64,000 nt of DNA from a bacterium (GTDB lineage: Bacteria > UBA8248), in assembly GCA_965213625.1 (NCBI GenBank), contig CBDBZU010000004.1:896001-960000 (forward strand). The letters are read 5' to 3'. A program made the position numbers and the translations under genes. Shown here piece by piece: positions 63,193 through 64,000 of this stretch; within the stretch, counting starts at the first letter, position 1; every line of letters begins with the position of its first letter. The notes under the pieces are model-generated. The model saw only the letters and a list, made by a program, of their open reading frames with translations, searched no databases and had not been told where the DNA came from.

Positions 63193-63850
63193 GACAAGGG
63201 GGGGTAGGGGGGGTTGATTTTCCAGCCGAGAGGGGCGTCCCCTCTACTCTCGAAAAAGGGGACCTTATCAACAACCCCGTTGAGGGAGGCTTTGCGCTCC
63301 ATGCAAACGGGCCTCGCCGGGGTCAATCGTGATTGAAGATTGAGCGATTGCCGAAAAAGGGCCGCGTCGGGGTCAAAGCCGACCGCAGAGGGAGGTTTTG
63401 CCATGCGGTGCTTTGCGCTTACCCAAAAGGGCCGCGCGGGGAGACCCCCAGGCGGGCTTTCCGCTTACCGTGGTTCCCGGCCGTATCACCCGAGCCAATA
63501 GGCGAGCAACGTCCGGGTTTCGGGTGCGTATCCGCGCGACTGGATAACGATCCGTCTCGGTGGCGGGCAGACCCGCATGCGAGGCCTTTGGCCCCCGCGC
63601 GGCGTTTCCGGCCCGCCGCTGCTCGGTGTACAATCGCCAGGCAGTTCGACGTCCCCCGCCGGAATCACCCTTCGCCTCCACGAACACCCGTCGAGGCATC
63701 ACAAACGGAAGGAATACTATCAGCGAAGACGGTTTTGGGGGGTAAAGATTAGGTAAAGGTTTTGACGCGAGATCGTAGTTTCGGAGTTCCGTGCAGGGGG
63801 TTATTCCCGGGTCGGATTTTCATCCATGACGCTTGTATGTTCACCCGCAT

Positions 63851-63983
63851 GGGTCTGTCGAAAAACCCGGCGATGCCGGAATGACGATGCCTTTGCTCGG
63901 TCGATAAACAACAATGCAGGGGACCCTCTTCCCCGGTAGGCTTCATTCGCCGAATCACGAAATTATGGGTTTTCAACAACCCC
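63851..63983. mobile_element. MITE-like non-autonomous element with IS1182-type ends
   Basis: Left GGGTCTGTCGAAAAACCCGG (19/20 to the IS1182 end), right GGGTTTTCAACAACCCC; 133 bp, no coding capacity. Confidence 0.7.
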
Positions 63984-64000
63984 GCTGGGGGAGGGTTCGG

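Noticed and set aside
63785-63812. GTGCAGGGGGTTATTCCC as a fourth att-like element
   Set aside because: Resembles the G-box only; the GTAATCA..AAGCGGA core is not seen before the window ends

Overview
Bacterial chromosomal window in two parts. Positions 1 to ~10.85 kb are housekeeping DNA: a PIG-L deacetylase, dnaN without dnaA or recF neighbours, an MFS transporter, thrC, a PTPS-II-type pterin synthase coupled to an SDR, a ferredoxin, tsaC, purE and ridA. Positions ~10.9 to 64 kb are a visibly GC-richer, heavily decayed accessory mosaic. It holds IS110/IS1111, IS256, IS1182 and IS66 elements or remnants, several tyrosine integrases, a large serine recombinase element, AbiE toxin-antitoxin and AIPR remnants, an RND pump, a subtilase, an autotransporter, a secreted ankyrin protein and a TonB-dependent receptor. 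This gene mix is typical of host-associated bacteria (inference). The most notable candidates are: (1) a duplicated MacAB-TolC-like export module whose periplasmic adaptor carries an N-terminal PAS domain, next to secreted Calx-beta and triple six-Cys-repeat proteins; (2) an acidic protein ending in an archaeal/eukaryotic-type ribosomal eL13-like domain, heading a zur-znuC-znuB cluster; (3) a repeated att-like non-coding element that divides the island into modules. All family calls come from motif recognition by eye; no searches were run.
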